Positions 49,533 through 63,447 of a stretch of 64,000 bases of DNA are shown here, in pieces. The notes under the pieces were generated by a model. That model did not search any database. It was not told where the DNA came from and was given only the letters and a program-made list of their open reading frames with translations. How positions within the stretch are numbered: position 1 is the first letter of the stretch; every line of letters starts with the position of its first letter. Source of the stretch: Eledone cirrhosa. Taxonomy: Eukaryota. The stretch lies in contig OZ024740.1 of assembly GCA_964016885.1 (NCBI GenBank), positions 197,470,001 through 197,534,000 of the forward strand. The letters run 5' to 3'. The position numbers and the translations under genes are program-made.

Positions 49533-52294
49533 TTCTTCTGGTTTTATAATTTCCCAAAGTTTTACCAATAGAGAGAGAGTCGGTTTCTAACATAGACACA
49601 AGCCTCTCTCATTGGAATTTATACAACACCAACTAGGTAGACATGTATGTATGTCTGCATGCATGCATGTGTAGATATGGATGTTATTGTATGTGTGGAT
49701 GTGTATGTTTTGAGTTGTATGTGTGCATGTGTATACGCTTTGTATCTGTACATGTGTATATGCAGTTATTAGATGCAACATTTTTGGAATGTTTTACATA
49801 TTTTTACTGTTCCATTAATGGATTGTACTTGTAATTTCCTAACTAGTTGTGTTCTTTCTGTTCCTGTGAAGCCTAGCTTCTCAAGATTTGTATTGAGTCA
49901 GTTACTAACATATCCCAGTGCCCCAATAATCACAGGCATAAATCTGAAGGTGTAATCAGGGTGGAGTATCTGCAGATTTCTCATCAGGTCTGCATAAATA
50001 TTCTCCTTTTCACTAATCTTTGATATTATATTGGCATCTGCTGGGCAGCTAATTTCCACTACTGTGCATGTTTTCTTCTCCCTGTCCCATATCATAATAT
50101 CTGGTCTGTTATGCCTGCAATTTATTGAGGTTTTTACTGGAACATTCCACCAGTACTCTTTCATATTATGTACATGGATGTCTTCCACATTGTTGTAGCT
50201 TTTAATGTGTTTATCATCGGGGCTATCTTTTTTACGAACTGCATTGTACAGTGTTTTGGCCACTACATCATGCCTCATAGGTAGATAGTACCGCGATGAC
50301 ATCTTTGGACAGCTGCTGATGACATGGGTGGTATCTTCGATGTTAGTTCTGCAGAGTCTGCACTTGTTATCACATCTAGGTGTTTTGCCTGCATCCCTAT
50401 CTCTTTTGTGAATCAGGTATTTCGTGTTAATCTCCTGTTCTTGGATTGCAAAAGCGTATCCTTCAAAGTGGGAGCCAATATAGTGGTTGTTGGTCCAAGA
50501 TAGACTACTTTCCTTATCTATATTACTCTCACTCTGGAGCTTCCTGGCAACACCCATGCATGATTTTTTGCTGATAAGTATGCAGCTTTTCACTGCGATA
50601 CTGCTGAGCGACTTCCCTGGGTGTGAGTTTTTTTATTATCACACAGGGAATATCTCCCGAGAAGTTCCTCCCCAACTCTCATGATCTTATCTGTTTCATG
50701 CAGATAGACTTGCTCGAGAAGCGGGCTCCTACGCTTCGAGGTTTGTAGATTTTGTCGGAGAGATATGATGCGACATTCAAATGTTGTCTGGACTGACGTT
50801 AGGCCTCTGCCTCCCTGCTTACGTTTCAAGTAAAGGCGGTCTATGTCACTGTTGGTGTGGAAGTTTCCGGTGTTGTTCAGTATTTTTCGAGTTCCAACAT
50901 CAACTGCTCGGATTTCGTCTATCGTCCAATTGAGTATTCCAAACGTTGGTGTTAGGACAGGCACAGCATACACATTGTGAGCCACTGTTTTGTTTTGTGC
51001 AGAGAGTTCCGATGACCAAATCTTTCTTAATTGGGTGTAGTATTCCATGGTTACGCGTTCTGTATTACACATACCATTATAGGATATGTTCTCATCTATC
51101 CCCAGGTATCTGTAGCAGTCCTCATCAGATATCGGTGAAACAGTTAGGCCATTGATGACAATGTTGCTAGATTGGGTTGTTGTTTTTCTCCGCTTTACAG
51201 TCATGTATGAGCATTTATCTTGGCCAAACTCCATTCCTATATCCTTTGTAACCAGGTCAAGATTTTCTTCATCGCATACATGTTCTTGGCATAGAGTTTA
51301 AGATCGTCCACAAAGAAATTATGGGTTAGGTTCGTATTTCTGTCCTACTGTGAGCCAATGATGTATCTATCAGATTTCTTGAGCAAAAAGGACAAGATGA
51401 ATAATATCACAGAGATAAGACTGACAAGATGAATAATATCACAGAGAGACTCTCCCCCTGAAATATACCCCTGCAATATTTTATTTTATCAGTGAAAATA
51501 GAGTATTCCTTCTCTGTCTTTAACCTTAGGATAGTAGCCCAAGAAGAAGACAGCCTCTCTATGGCTCTGACAATAATGTCTGGGACTGGAGCAAGTTGGA
51601 GGGCTTCTATCATCCATGAGTGGGGAACAGAATCGAAAGCTTTCCTGTAGTCCAGCCAGACTGTAGCCATATTCCTCCTAAGTTGTCGCACCTCCGACAT
51701 CGCAGTTTTGTTGATTAAGAGTTGTTCAGCACCTCCCAAAACTCCTTTCGTTCCAGCTGCTTGTTCATCTGTGATGATGTTATTATTTTCACAGTGATCT
51801 TGGAGGAATAAGGTTCAGGCAGGCTGTATACATCTTATACATCAGGTTCTGGCATGCAATGGGTCGGTAGTTTTTTGCCAAGTGGGTGTCTTTGTTCTTG
51901 GGGACCAGTTATGTTTGTGCTAATGTCAACCATTTCTGGTATAAGTGTATCTCCCTTAAGAACTTGTTGGTAGAGGTCAGTAAGATACCTCCGATAGAAT
52001 ATTAGTTCTTTGTACCAGTAGCCGACAATCATGTCTCTTCCTGATGTTTTCTTATCTTGGAGTTTTCCTATCACAGTCTCAAGGGTACCCCCACTTATTT
52101 CGTATGTTTTTGTTGTAGTGTAGGAGCAATAGTTCTTTCGGATTTCTCTTAGCCACACTGCATCTTGGTTGAAATTCTTCTTTTCACCCCATATTTTGCT
52201 CCAAAAGGAATCTATGTCTTTCTGGGATGGGGCCTCAGTGACACTTATTATTTTGCCCTACATATCTCTATAGACTAATGTTTGGTTTCGATTC
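49533..52294 (-). mobile_element. R4/Dong-like RLE non-LTR retrotransposon, 5'-truncated, in (CATA)n
   Basis: WLDYRKAFDSVPH, RGIFQGESLS, FVDDLKLYA; CRLC..EDTTHVISSC; RHD; RPDIMIWD..VVEISC (PD-(D/E)xK-type). Confidence 0.9.
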
Positions 52295-52939
52295 GTATGT
52301 ATGTACGTAAGTATGTATGTATGTATGTATGTATGTATGTATGTATGTATGTATGTATGTATGTATGTATGTATGTATGTATGTATGTATATAGTTCAAG
52401 GAGACGACAAAACAGAGATACAAAAATATTTATTAGTTTCACGCTTTATATGGAAAAGGGGAAAGGTTTGACGTGTGGGGCTTAAGCCCTTCTTCATAAT
52501 GAATTATATTATATTATATTATATTATAATATTTTATATTATATTATATGTTATATACATTTGTATTATTTATAGTCAATAATTTATACATTTATGTTAT
52601 TTATGTTGGACCTCCGTCGGTTTCGACGAAAAAGTGTTCTAATTTATTCAATCAATGGAACTGCCTTCTCGTGAAATTAACGTCTATGAGCACTTCATAG
52701 ATACATAGTCACGTACACCCTTAACATAATTCTCAAAGAGAGTCAGTATGAAACAGTGTATGACAAGGCTGACCGCTTGAATTAAGGTACATTGGATTGG
52801 ACTAACTTGGAATATATATGGCACAACGCGCGGCCCGGTCCAACAATCGAACTCACGACCTTATACATGGAATCTCAGGATTTTACCATCTATCTAAGTT
52901 CTTTGACTTGCTATCCGATATTTCTTATTCATTACTTGT

Positions 52940-54880
52940 TACAAATTCCATCCATGATAGGATATATTTTCATCTAACCCTAAGTATCTGTAGCACTCCT
53001 TGTCAGATACCACTGAAGCAGTCAGGCCATTCATAAATATGTTGATAGATTGGATATTAGTTTTTCCTCGCTTTACAATCATATAGGAACATATATCTTC
53101 GACAAATTCCATTCCTACATGTTTTGAGAACGTCGTATCCAGGTCAAGGTTTTTCTTCATGCCATTTATATTTTTGGCATAGAGTTTCAGGTCATCCACA
53201 AAAAGCTATGTATTAGGTTTATATTTCTCCTCAGCATAAAGCAGAAGTGGCTTACTGATAGTATAAAGAATATCATAGACATACTACCGCCTTCAAAATA
53301 TTCTCTTGTGATACACTATTATATCAGTGACAATATAATCCTTCATTGTATTTAACTTGAGGATAGTGGTCTAGGATGAAGATAAGTTCTCTATGGCTCT
53401 GATTATGGTATCTGAAACTGTACCGAGTTAAATGGCCTCTAAAATCCAAGAGTGGATAACAGAATCGAATAATTTTCTGTAGTCCAGTCAGACTGTGCCG
53501 AAGTTCTTCCCATGTCTTCGGACTTCTGACACCGCAGTTTTGCTAATAAGAAGTTGCTGACCACATCCCCAAACTGCTTTTTTCCCAGCTGTTTGTTAAT
53601 CTATGATGATATTGCTATTGGCACAGTGATCCAGCAGGAATAGGTTCAGACAGGCTGTATACATTTTATACATTAGGTTCAGGCATGCAATCGGTAGGTA
53701 GTCTTTTGCCACGTGGGTCTCTTTGTTTTGTGGGATCAATGTTGTCCCTGCTAATGTCAACCAGCTTGACATATTTGATTCTCCACTGAGAGGTTACTAG
53801 TAGAGGTTGATAAGGTACATCCGATAGAAAGTCAGGTTTTGTACCAATAGCCGACAATCAAATCTCTTCCTCGTGCTTTATTATCATGAAGTTTTCTTAT
53901 CTCATTCTCAAGGGCATCATGATTAATGTTAGAAGCAACAGTTCGTTTGGATCTCTTTTAACCTTACTGCATCTTGGTTGAACTTCTTTTCCTCCTTCCA
54001 AATTTTTCTCCAGAATGAATCTGTCATTCTGTGATAGGACCTCAGTGACATTTATTGATTTGCCCCTCATTTGTCTATAGACGGATATTTGATTTCAGTT
54101 GAATCTTTAGCAGGGTAGATGATTGAAGGTCGTTAGTTGCCAGTGTGGTAAGTGATAGTATCCTCGTTGGATTATCTTGTCGACATAGACGTGAGGGAAG
54201 GTCCCTCGATCTATTTACCATCTATTTACAATATTCCTTTCGTCAGGTCGCCAATTCCAGCAGCATGGGTTATATATGTTATTGAGACACGAGTAACATA
54301 ATAATGATTTCAACATCAGTAATTAGAGATGAAATGTATGTTTATTTTTGATGTAGTACAAACAATGTTTGTTAACTTATATGGTTGAAGTTACAGATAA
54401 AAAGAGGTTACAAAAAGGGAATGTGCCATTGCGCCGTTAAGCCGGCGAGGTTAGGGGTGCAATATCTCACTGTTACATTATGCGTGTTGCTGGCTCGAAG
54501 TTTCTGGTACAAGAGAGATTCTTCAAATCTTCGCGGGGAATTTCTTTCCCAGGGCGCGTAGGGATACATCCTCTTCTACTGGCGCTGATTGGCTGAACTG
54601 AGCCAAATCACGCATAGAGAATGTATGTGAGCCCGCGGAATGTAGGTCACTACAAATCTGTTATTAATCATTTTCCTTTCACCTTCTCTCTTCTGATGCC
54701 GGAGTTTCTCGTTGACAGCTCACAATTCTTGTTTGAGGGTGATTAACTTGTATTGAAGAGTTCTGCTTGTACTCCAAACATCATTTCTATTTTATGTTTC
54801 ACTCTTTGTTGGTGTGGTGTGTAGTGCTTTGTGTACATATAATAAGCACTGTCACATGGCATTTTTGTTAACATCTCTAT
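52940..54880 (-). mobile_element. Second, more diverged R4/Dong-like RT fragment, interrupted at 54106-54654
   Basis: DDLKLYAKN...GMEF...YRYLGLDE; collinear with 51050-52290. Confidence 0.8.
54106..54654. mobile_element. Composite insertion: truncated LTR X (plus) fused to LTR Y (minus), 4-bp TSD AATC
   Basis: AATC at 54102-54105 and 54655-54658. Removing the insert restores the host reading ..RKMINNRFN.. Confidence 0.75.
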
Positions 54881-55409
54881 TATCACCAAGATATATATGT
54901 ATGTATGTATGTGCATACATATTACAAGGCGCATATATATAAATATTTCTTTTTTGTATGTATATATATGTATATATGCATACATACCCATACATCTATA
55001 TACATGCAATTATGCAAATATATATATATATATATTTTTTTTCCATTTCAAACCCGCTCGCTGTTTCGAAAAATATTCTTACTTGATATATATATATATA
55101 TATATATATACTTATAAACATGAACATCTCTTATACGTATCAATCACATTCGTCATATTTTTGTTGTTTCTTTAGATTTAGGATTTTTATGGCAGCTGCA
55201 TCTACGAAAAAATACACCGAGTCTAGTGGGACAAGTGAGTTGATGCTAAATAATAGATACACTTAGATATTACGTATTGTGAGTTAAGTTGTTGTGAAAT
55301 TAATGCAGTGTTTTTTAAACATTAAATTTGAAACGACATATCTGAGTCTAGAATGAACTTTATTGATCGAAATAAAAACTATTAAAATCTACACATTTTT
55401 GCGAATAAG

Positions 55410-56483
55410 TTATAAGTTTATTTATTTCGAGAACATAGAATTCTGAATTTCTGGAGGCGATGAATTCTTGGAATGCATTTTTTGTGGCTGATTGGTTGCT
55501 GAAAACTTGCAAGAAGTTGTTGAAATGCTTGAAAAGGTTGCAGTTGGTTAGTGAAAGATCTGGTGAATTTTACTGGATGAGGCAAAGTTTCGTTACTCAA
55601 TTCATTCAACTTCTGTAGTATTGGTTATGAGATGTGTGGTCGAGCGTTGTCGGGCAAGAGGATTGGACCTTTTCTGATCAATTCTGGACACATACACTAA
55701 AATTATTGACGTATTTCATCCATTTCATGTCAATACTTCTCTACAGTAATTGTTTTGCCAAGATTCAGAAAGCTGTAGGGGGTTAATCCAGTTGCGAACC
55801 ACCAAACAGTCAATATAATCTTTTGGTACAACTTCGGCTTTGAGAAGTGCTTCGAAGCTTCAACTCGGTCCAACCACTAAACTGAACGTCGTCGGCTGTT
55901 GTATAGGATCCACATTTCACCACACGCTATAATACGATCAAGAAATGGGTCGTTTTTGATGCGTAAAAGAAGTGAAGAGCATTTTCCACGTTTTAACTTT
56001 CAAGTTAGGTTCAGATATTCAGAAATTGTTCCAGTGCCAACATCTAGCTCTCTTTCACGCTTCCTAATAGTTTTACGAGGATTTGTTTTTTACTGAAGCC
56101 TTCAATTCATTGTCACCAATGGCAGATGGTTGTTCGTGACCTTCCTTATCTTAAAGAGTGAATTCACCATGATAGAAGTTTTGAAACTGATGTTGCTCTG
56201 TGAATGTATTAACACTTTCTTTACCTCAATCTTCATTGATGTTTCTAGCCGCTAGTGCTGTACTGCAGCCGCATTTAAACTTTGACGAAAATTCTGTTTT
56301 GACAGTTTAATTTAAAAAATCAAAAAAATTGAGAAAAATGCAACGTATATAAAAATAGATGATAACATAAAAAGCTAAAAGATGATACATAATTTTACAC
56401 ACCACGCGTGAGTTTTTATTCTTAAAAACATATTGAATCAAATAAAAACATAAAACCTGCATTAATTTCTGAACAGACAAATA
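55410..56483 (-). mobile_element. Old mariner remnant
   Basis: Minus DNARPH and ETLPHP..SPDL-like motifs across frameshifts. Confidence 0.7.
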
Positions 56484-56484
56484 T

Positions 56485-57640
56485 TGGTTTCTGATTTAAG
56501 TACAAGACCAACAATTTTGGGGGAGGGGAAATTCGATTAAATCTGCCCCAGTGCATTACTAGTACTTTATTTTATCGACCCCATAAGGAAGAAAGGCAAA
56601 GCTAACCTCGAAGAGATTTGAACTCAGAACCTAAAGAGACGTAACTCTATGCCACAAAGTATGTTGTCCGATGTTCTACCGATACTGTCAATCCATCGCC
56701 CTCAAGTAGTTTCTGATTTAGGCACAAAGCCAATAATTTGAACGAGAAGGGAAGTCGATTAAATTCGACCCCAGTGCATTACTGGTGGTTTATTTTATCG
56801 ACCCCGTAAGGATGAAAAGCAGAGTAAATCTCATCGGGATTTAAACTCAGAACGTAAAGGAACGTAACTCTATGCTGCTTAGCACGTTGTTCAACGCTCT
56901 ACCGATATGGCCAATCCACCGCCCTTCAACAGACTGAAAATAAAAATAAAATGAGTCCATCATCAAATCGGATGAGAGCAACAATGTCTTCACTGGTGCT
57001 TCCATTGTCCATACTATCTGTCTGTCACAAATCCTAGCAGGAGTAATGTAAAATAAAGTATTTTGATCAAGACCACAACGCACCACCTCGTGCAGGAAAG
57101 AAACCTATAGCTTTATGATCGGGTGTTCACTCCCTAACCACTAGTTCACGTGATGTAATAGGTAACATTATATAACAAGTAGCGGTGGATTGGCAGTATC
57201 GGTAGATGGTCGGATGCCATGCTTTGATGTATAGAGTTACGGCCCTTGCCATTCTGAGTTCAAATCTCGCCGAGGTTAACTTTGCCTTTCATCCTTACGG
57301 GGTCGATGAAATAAAGTACCAGTAATGTACTGGGTAATTGTGCCAAACGTAGAAACAATTATATAAAATGTAGTATCATATAGTAGGTACGGTGACGTCA
57401 TATTCTTACGATGCAATAGGGCGATGGATTAGGAGAATTATTATAGCATCGGACAAAATGCTGTGTGTTATTTCTTCCGGTTTTTTACATTCTAATTTCA
57501 AATCCTGCTGAGGTCACCTTTCTTTTCATCCTTTCAGAGTAGATAAAATAAAATACCAGTTAAGTGCTGGGGCCAATAAAATCGGTTTCTCCTTTCCCTC
57601 AAATTGCTGACCATTATTGCTTAAATTGGAGACCATTATT
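56485..57640. mobile_element. Cluster of Deu/Nin-type SINEs (56485-56703 minus, 56708-56925 minus, 57181-57362 plus, 57419-57640 plus)
   Basis: Shared head and core. Further copies at ~25400-25545, 43430-43630 and 63140-63355. Confidence 0.8.
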
Positions 57641-58641
57641 ACACTGCAATATTTATCAATACATCAATACATATTGTTATGTAATAGTACTATTTTGTGA
57701 AGGTAGATGGCTTAGTGGTTAGAACGTCGGACTTACAATTGTGAGGTTGTGAGTTCGATTTTTGGACCGGGTTTGCGTTGTATTCTTGAGCAAGACACTT
57801 TATTTCACATTGCTCCAGTTTACTCAGCTGTAGAAATAAGTTGCGACGTCACTGGTGCCAAGCTGTATTGACCTTTGCCTTTCCATTGGATAACTTCGGT
57901 AGCGTGGAGACTGGCATGCATGGGCGATTGCTGGTCTTCCACAAACAACCTTGGCCGGACTTGTGTCTCAGAGGGGAACTTTCTAGGTGCAAATCCCATC
58001 ATCAGCTGGAATGATTCTACAAATCTACTTCCTTCGCACAATTGTATAATACACAACGTTGTACACTAAGCGGCACCAAATATTACATAGTATGATGAAA
58101 TACGTACTGTGATGGTTGTGGATGAATAATCTAGAATATATATATGATGCTTAGTGTGCTTGTTGGTCCAATGTCAGGTTTAAGAACATATATAGAGAGG
58201 GGGGGGGATAGATAGATAGAGGTAGATAGACAGATAGATAAAGAAAGAGATAAAGAAGGAGAGAGAACAGGAGAGAGAAAAGAGAGAGATGGAGAGAAAG
58301 AAAAAGAAAGAGTTACTATATCTGTTGAAGGGGGAGTATACATACAGGCCGAAGCAGGAGGTAAATAGCGAAAGAGATAGAAAGGTAAACGAATGCTGAA
58401 GTGAGATCACATGTGCTCACACACACACGTATGTATTCACACACACAAGAATGCTTATAGCATTTCTAAGAAGTTACGTTCTCTTTTCACCCTTTCTTAA
58501 TATTTTTTTTATACAAATGTGAAAATATATATTTTTTGTCTCCAATTCTTTTCTTTCCGTTTTCTTAAATTGATGCTATATTTAATATTATATTTGTACG
58601 ATTTCAGTGTGAGCAATCTAATGAAACGTTTTAGTCAAATA

Positions 58642-60346
58642 CTAGCAGAAGTACACGGCGTTGCCCGGGTTAAAGAAAATAATGAAATTCCATTTAAAAC
58701 TTGATATATTTTCTGAATATTTATTTGATTAGTGATTCTAACATTTCCGGCATAACAAATTCTGTCAGATCATAATTATCATAATCATCTTTTTTACGCC
58801 CGTGTTTCCGCGCTTGCATGAGTTGGAAGGGTCCTTTCCAGTACAACATCTCTCCACTCGTCGTGTTCCTTCGTCAATCCCTCTGTGTGTCTCAACATTT
58901 TAAGATCAGCTCTCATTACCTCTACCCAGATCTTTCGCGGTCTACCTCTACTGCGGCTTCCTTCCACAGGTATTTCCTGGCACTTCTTCACCCAGCGATC
59001 ATCATACATGCGCTTCAGGTGCCTGTACCAACGCAGTCTACTCTCCTGCGCACTACTTCGGATTCTTCTTAAACCTAGCATCTCTCTCAGCTCATCCAAG
59101 TTCTGCATTTCGCTCCCATTTACATTGGACATCCAATGAAGCATGGTTGCTTCATTTCTCTCCAGTCTACGCACTTCCTCTGCAGCCATAGCCCATGTTT
59201 CATTACAACGCAGTATCGTACTTCGCACACAGACTCATACAGTCGTCCTTTTGTATATAGAGCAAAACCTTTTTCTGGTCAACGGTGGGAGTAGATCTCT
59301 AAACGTTTTACATTCTATGCTTCGAGTTATTATACTCTTCGAGCACTATCCTCTGCTGCTCCTCTTGACGAATAGTTGCTTTCCTTTTCCTATCACCAGC
59401 AAAGCTTTTTGTTATATTTTTGTTCTCATTGTCATGAGTCATTTCGCCTATATTTCACTGTTGTTTTTCTTCGTTTTTGGAATCTATCTTGTGGCTGCTC
59501 TTTACTTTCATTCTCCCTTTGTAGCTGCTTTGCTCTAGCTTTATGAGACTTTCTTCGAAATGGAGGTCTATTCTTCGGTAGTGTTTTGCTTGCAGCTTCC
59601 AAAATTAATATTATTTATTTAAGAATTTAAGATTTTTCAATTAATGATGGATGTAAGTTGAGTAAAATTTTCGTTGAATGAGGACTCACTGCATTAACTT
59701 TCATTTATCTTTCGTAAACAACAACAAAAGACTAAGGAAATGAATATATAAAAAAATATTACAGGTTTCTCAAATGTAATTTTAGTAGTGTTTCGATAAA
59801 TAAAAACGCGTGTCGCTCACTTTCTTCACTTTCTCTCTATTTCTTTCTATTTTTGTTTATTCACTAACTTACTTAATTAATTCCTTCTTTTGCTTTCGGA
59901 GCTATATACGAAGATGTGGCATATATGCACACACACGGGGAAGATATGAAGATATGTATATATTCACTCGGGCTAAATAAGAAGTAGATATGACCACACG
60001 AAAGAGATATAAAAAAATGCATGATCACATCTTCTGCAACCAATAGAGGAGAGGACGGCTAATATGTTGATTGAACGCAGGAGAGAGGGAGAGACGTTTG
60101 AACGCATTGATTGGACGTTTGAACGCGTATCGCTCACTTCATTTTCTTTATCTTTTTCCATCTCTCAATGACTACTAACGTTACTTTTCCAAACTCAGCC
60201 AAACAAAAAGCATATAAACAAATGAATATAGGTCCAAGTTTGAGGAAAACCTATTCCTGAGTCTAAGGAACTCACATGCTAAGTTTGAAGATGATTGGTC
60301 ACTGGTTTTTTAGTGCATTGGAGACAAACAGACAAACAAGCGAACC

Positions 60347-60424
<78 letters not shown>

Positions 60425-60450
60425 TAGACGTAGTGAATTTATTTATATAT
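58642..60450 (-). mobile_element. Probable non-autonomous Helitron interrupted by an RTE
   Basis: Minus-strand 3' end CCCGGGCAACGCCGTGTACTTCTGCTAG|T resembles 14575-14602. The far end is approximate. Confidence 0.55.
58790..59360 (-). mobile_element. RTE-clade LINE 3' fragment
   Basis: CNETW...RLRWYRHLKRM...RSRGRPRKIW. Confidence 0.85.
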
Positions 60451-60799
60451 TTTATTGATATATTTATACGTATTTATATATTATTTACCGACTGTTTCTC
60501 ATAGTAGCAAATGTATACACCGGAATTTAGCTGCGCATTAATATGAATTAACTGTACTGTTATAAGCATTATAATGTAATAAGTAATATATTGGTGACTA
60601 GTAGGCCACAAAAAGATTTGGAATGAGAATACAAAGAGCAGTCACAAAGAATGCAAGGCATTCCGACGGCACTCTACAGATTCTGCCATTTCACCGCCCT
60701 AGACTGGTAGGGGTCTCCTCAGTTTCCGCCTACGAAGTTCAAATCCCCCCTTTTGTCTTTTCGAGGTCGATAACTAAATGTAGCGGTCCAAAGTGAAGG

Positions 60800-60900
<101 letters not shown>

Positions 60901-61079
60901 AGGGGTTAATTTAAAAAAGGGTAAGCTCTAAGGGAGGTAACTCTTGAGAGACCACAGTCAATTCAGAATGGAAATAGAAGCACAATAATTTCTTCTAGCT
61001 GACTTCAGGGATCACATTTTACTAAAATACAATATAGTCAGTAACTCGAAAGATACTTCTGGACCTGTTAGTCAGGCCT

Positions 61080-61350
61080 AAGCCATTTATCCAATATATA
61101 TATCTTCACATAGGGACAGCCGCCTAGGCAATCGAGTTGTGTGTTGAGGCAGCGCTTATCCGGACATACCAACATAGGTCCAGGCTTCAGTTAGGTGGTT
61201 CTGGTTGGTGGATGTAACCTCTGCTTGGTATATCACTGCCGGAGTGTTGCACTGTTGGTCTAGTGGACATGTATCAGATCTTCTACATGAGCATCCGTAC
61301 GGTGGGGGGGGGCTTTTGTGTTTTCGGGTGATAAGGTTTTTACTTTGTTG
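61080..61350 (-). mobile_element. Second Hydra-like PLE fragment (linker plus GIY-YIG)
   Basis: CSCRRSDTCPLDQQC...VIYQAEV...YVG. Confidence 0.75.
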
Positions 61351-61450
61351 GTGCAAGAGTATCCTAAAATAGGATATCCCCAAAGGGAAAGCACAATCAA
61401 CCATAGACGCCCATCTTTATTTTCCATTTTTCCAGGCGTTGTAATTTTTC

Positions 61451-61498
61451 CAGGCTGAAGAAATTAGGGCCCAGAACCCAACGAAACTTGAGTACCTG
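61451..61498 (+). ncRNA. Type I hammerhead
   Basis: CAGG-CUGAAGA-[UUAGGG..CCCAA]-GAAAC-UUGA-GUA^CCUG. Confidence 0.72.
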
Positions 61499-61514
61499 TT
61501 TATGTCACTGTTGC

Positions 61515-61632
<118 letters not shown>

Positions 61633-61854
61633 GGGTTATTGTATCGTAAGAGAGGATAGAAAGAAGAAATATAAAGAGGTGCGATACAGAATATTACATG
61701 CCAAAAGCGGATGCGTAGTGTGCTCAAAGCTTGGGTTATCAGGGTTAAATATTAGAGAAAGTTAATATTTAGTGTAAAGATTAAGCAGAGCTGGAATAAG
61801 ATAAAGAATGAGTGATTGAAAGAGTTACAAGCCGTTAAAACATATCTTTATATA

Positions 61855-61894
61855 GCTCTTACACATGTTTCACCCAGGGGGGCTCGTCGGAGGC
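61855..61894 (-). ncRNA. Variant or decayed hammerhead
   Basis: GCCU-CCGACGA-GCCC(CCCU)GGGU-GAAAC-AUGU-GUA^AGAGC. Confidence 0.55.
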
Positions 61895-62009
61895 AGATAC
61901 TCATATAGAAAATTCCTTAATTACAAACCCTGAGAGAGTATAATAATATCACCTCGCTATGTATTGTGATTTTAGATGTTATGGGTATAAATATATATAT
62001 ATATATATA

Positions 62010-62801
62010 ATAGTAATAATAATAAATTTGAAGACTAAAATCCAAAGAGGGCTCGATAAGGATAAATATATATCAAATATATAAGAACCGTAGAGCAAAT
62101 ATTTATTAAAATAACAGATTAAAGTTTAAGCAAAGAATCGTTGCTTTCACTCTTAACGGGATCTTCTGAAACTAAAAAATCAATCTGTGAACGCAGAAGT
62201 AAATATTTCGAAAAACGTTGTACACACACACATATATGTTTATATGTGTATTTGATGTATACGTTCATATGTGTGCGGGTATATGTGTCGTGCCGGTTTA
62301 CATACGTGTGCGCGTGTTTATGTGTACGTGCATGTATATGTATGCATGGCGTGTGTTTTGCGTATGCACGTGTATGTACGTATTTAGATGTGTTTATGTA
62401 TATATTTAATTATTATCACTTTTATGATTTTAAGAACCTCTGTCATTTTCGTTCAACTAATTTATTTACATTATTCTTAACTCCGAAACCGAGAATCATT
62501 CGGTTTCCTAAATAGAATATTAGCGTAATGACTCCATTTATACCATAAACGTGGTTTTGTCTTTGCGTGTAATTGTTCTCAACGATCCACATAACGACGT
62601 ATTATCTTCGCTTTTTTCCGTTCATTGCCAGGGAACGTTTTCACGAACCAAAGTATCGTCTTCCTGTTTTCCTTCGGTTGCAACGTTTTTCGAAATATTT
62701 ACTTCTGCGTTTACAGATTGATTTTTTTTAGTTTCAGAAGATCCCGTTAAGAGTGAAAGCAGCGATTCTTTGCTTAAACTTTAATCTGTTATTTTAATAA
62801 A

Positions 62802-62802
<1 letters not shown>
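62010..62802. mobile_element. Family D non-coding 3' region, inverted pair
   Basis: 62010-62220 matches 7834-8045. Plus arm 62230-62802 matches ~35270-35935. Confidence 0.85.
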
Positions 62803-62841
<39 letters not shown>

Positions 62842-62845
<4 letters not shown>

Positions 62846-63060
62846 GTTCCTGTGTCAGTGTTGAACAAAAAGGTCACGTGGTTGCCTAAACACTGTACGG
62901 CGTAATTCGGGCTGTTTGTTTGTTTAAACAAACAAACCGAGCATTATAATAAATGTTCGGTAAACCGATACGTGCATATATATGTGTGCATGTATGTATA
63001 TATACACATACTACTGTACGTCTGTATACATATATGTATGTACGTATACATACATACTTA
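62842..63060 (+). mobile_element. Family F repeat copy (reverse complement of ~36057-36268)
   Basis: GTCAGTGTTGAACAAA, CACTGTACGGC and CCGAGCATTATAATAAATGTTCGG are shared. Confidence 0.85.
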
Positions 63061-63359
63061 CTTACATGTAAGTAAGTGCCGTACTAAGAGTGAGAAATGA
63101 AATTTTGTTTCATTCTATTCCATTTATATATATAAATAAGGGCGGTGGATTGGAAGTATCGATAGAGGGTCGGATACCATGCTTTGCAGCATAGAGTTAC
63201 GGCCCTTTATGATATGAGTTCAAATCCCGTTCAGGTTAACTTTGCCTTTCATCCTTACGGGGTCGAAAAAACGATAAAATAAAGCACTGGGGTTAATTTA
63301 ATCAACTTTTCCCTTCCCCCCAAATTGCTGGCCTTGTGCCTATATAAGAAACCAATAAA

Positions 63360-63447
<88 letters not shown>

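Noticed and set aside
49575-49620. CCAAUGA...GAAACCG hammerhead-like motif (also ~48505-48545)
   Set aside because: Non-canonical core in both copies and no stem I. It is part of the R4-like 3' UTR.
57696-57770. tRNA-like A and B boxes
   Set aside because: SINE head; no complete cloverleaf, so not called a tRNA gene.
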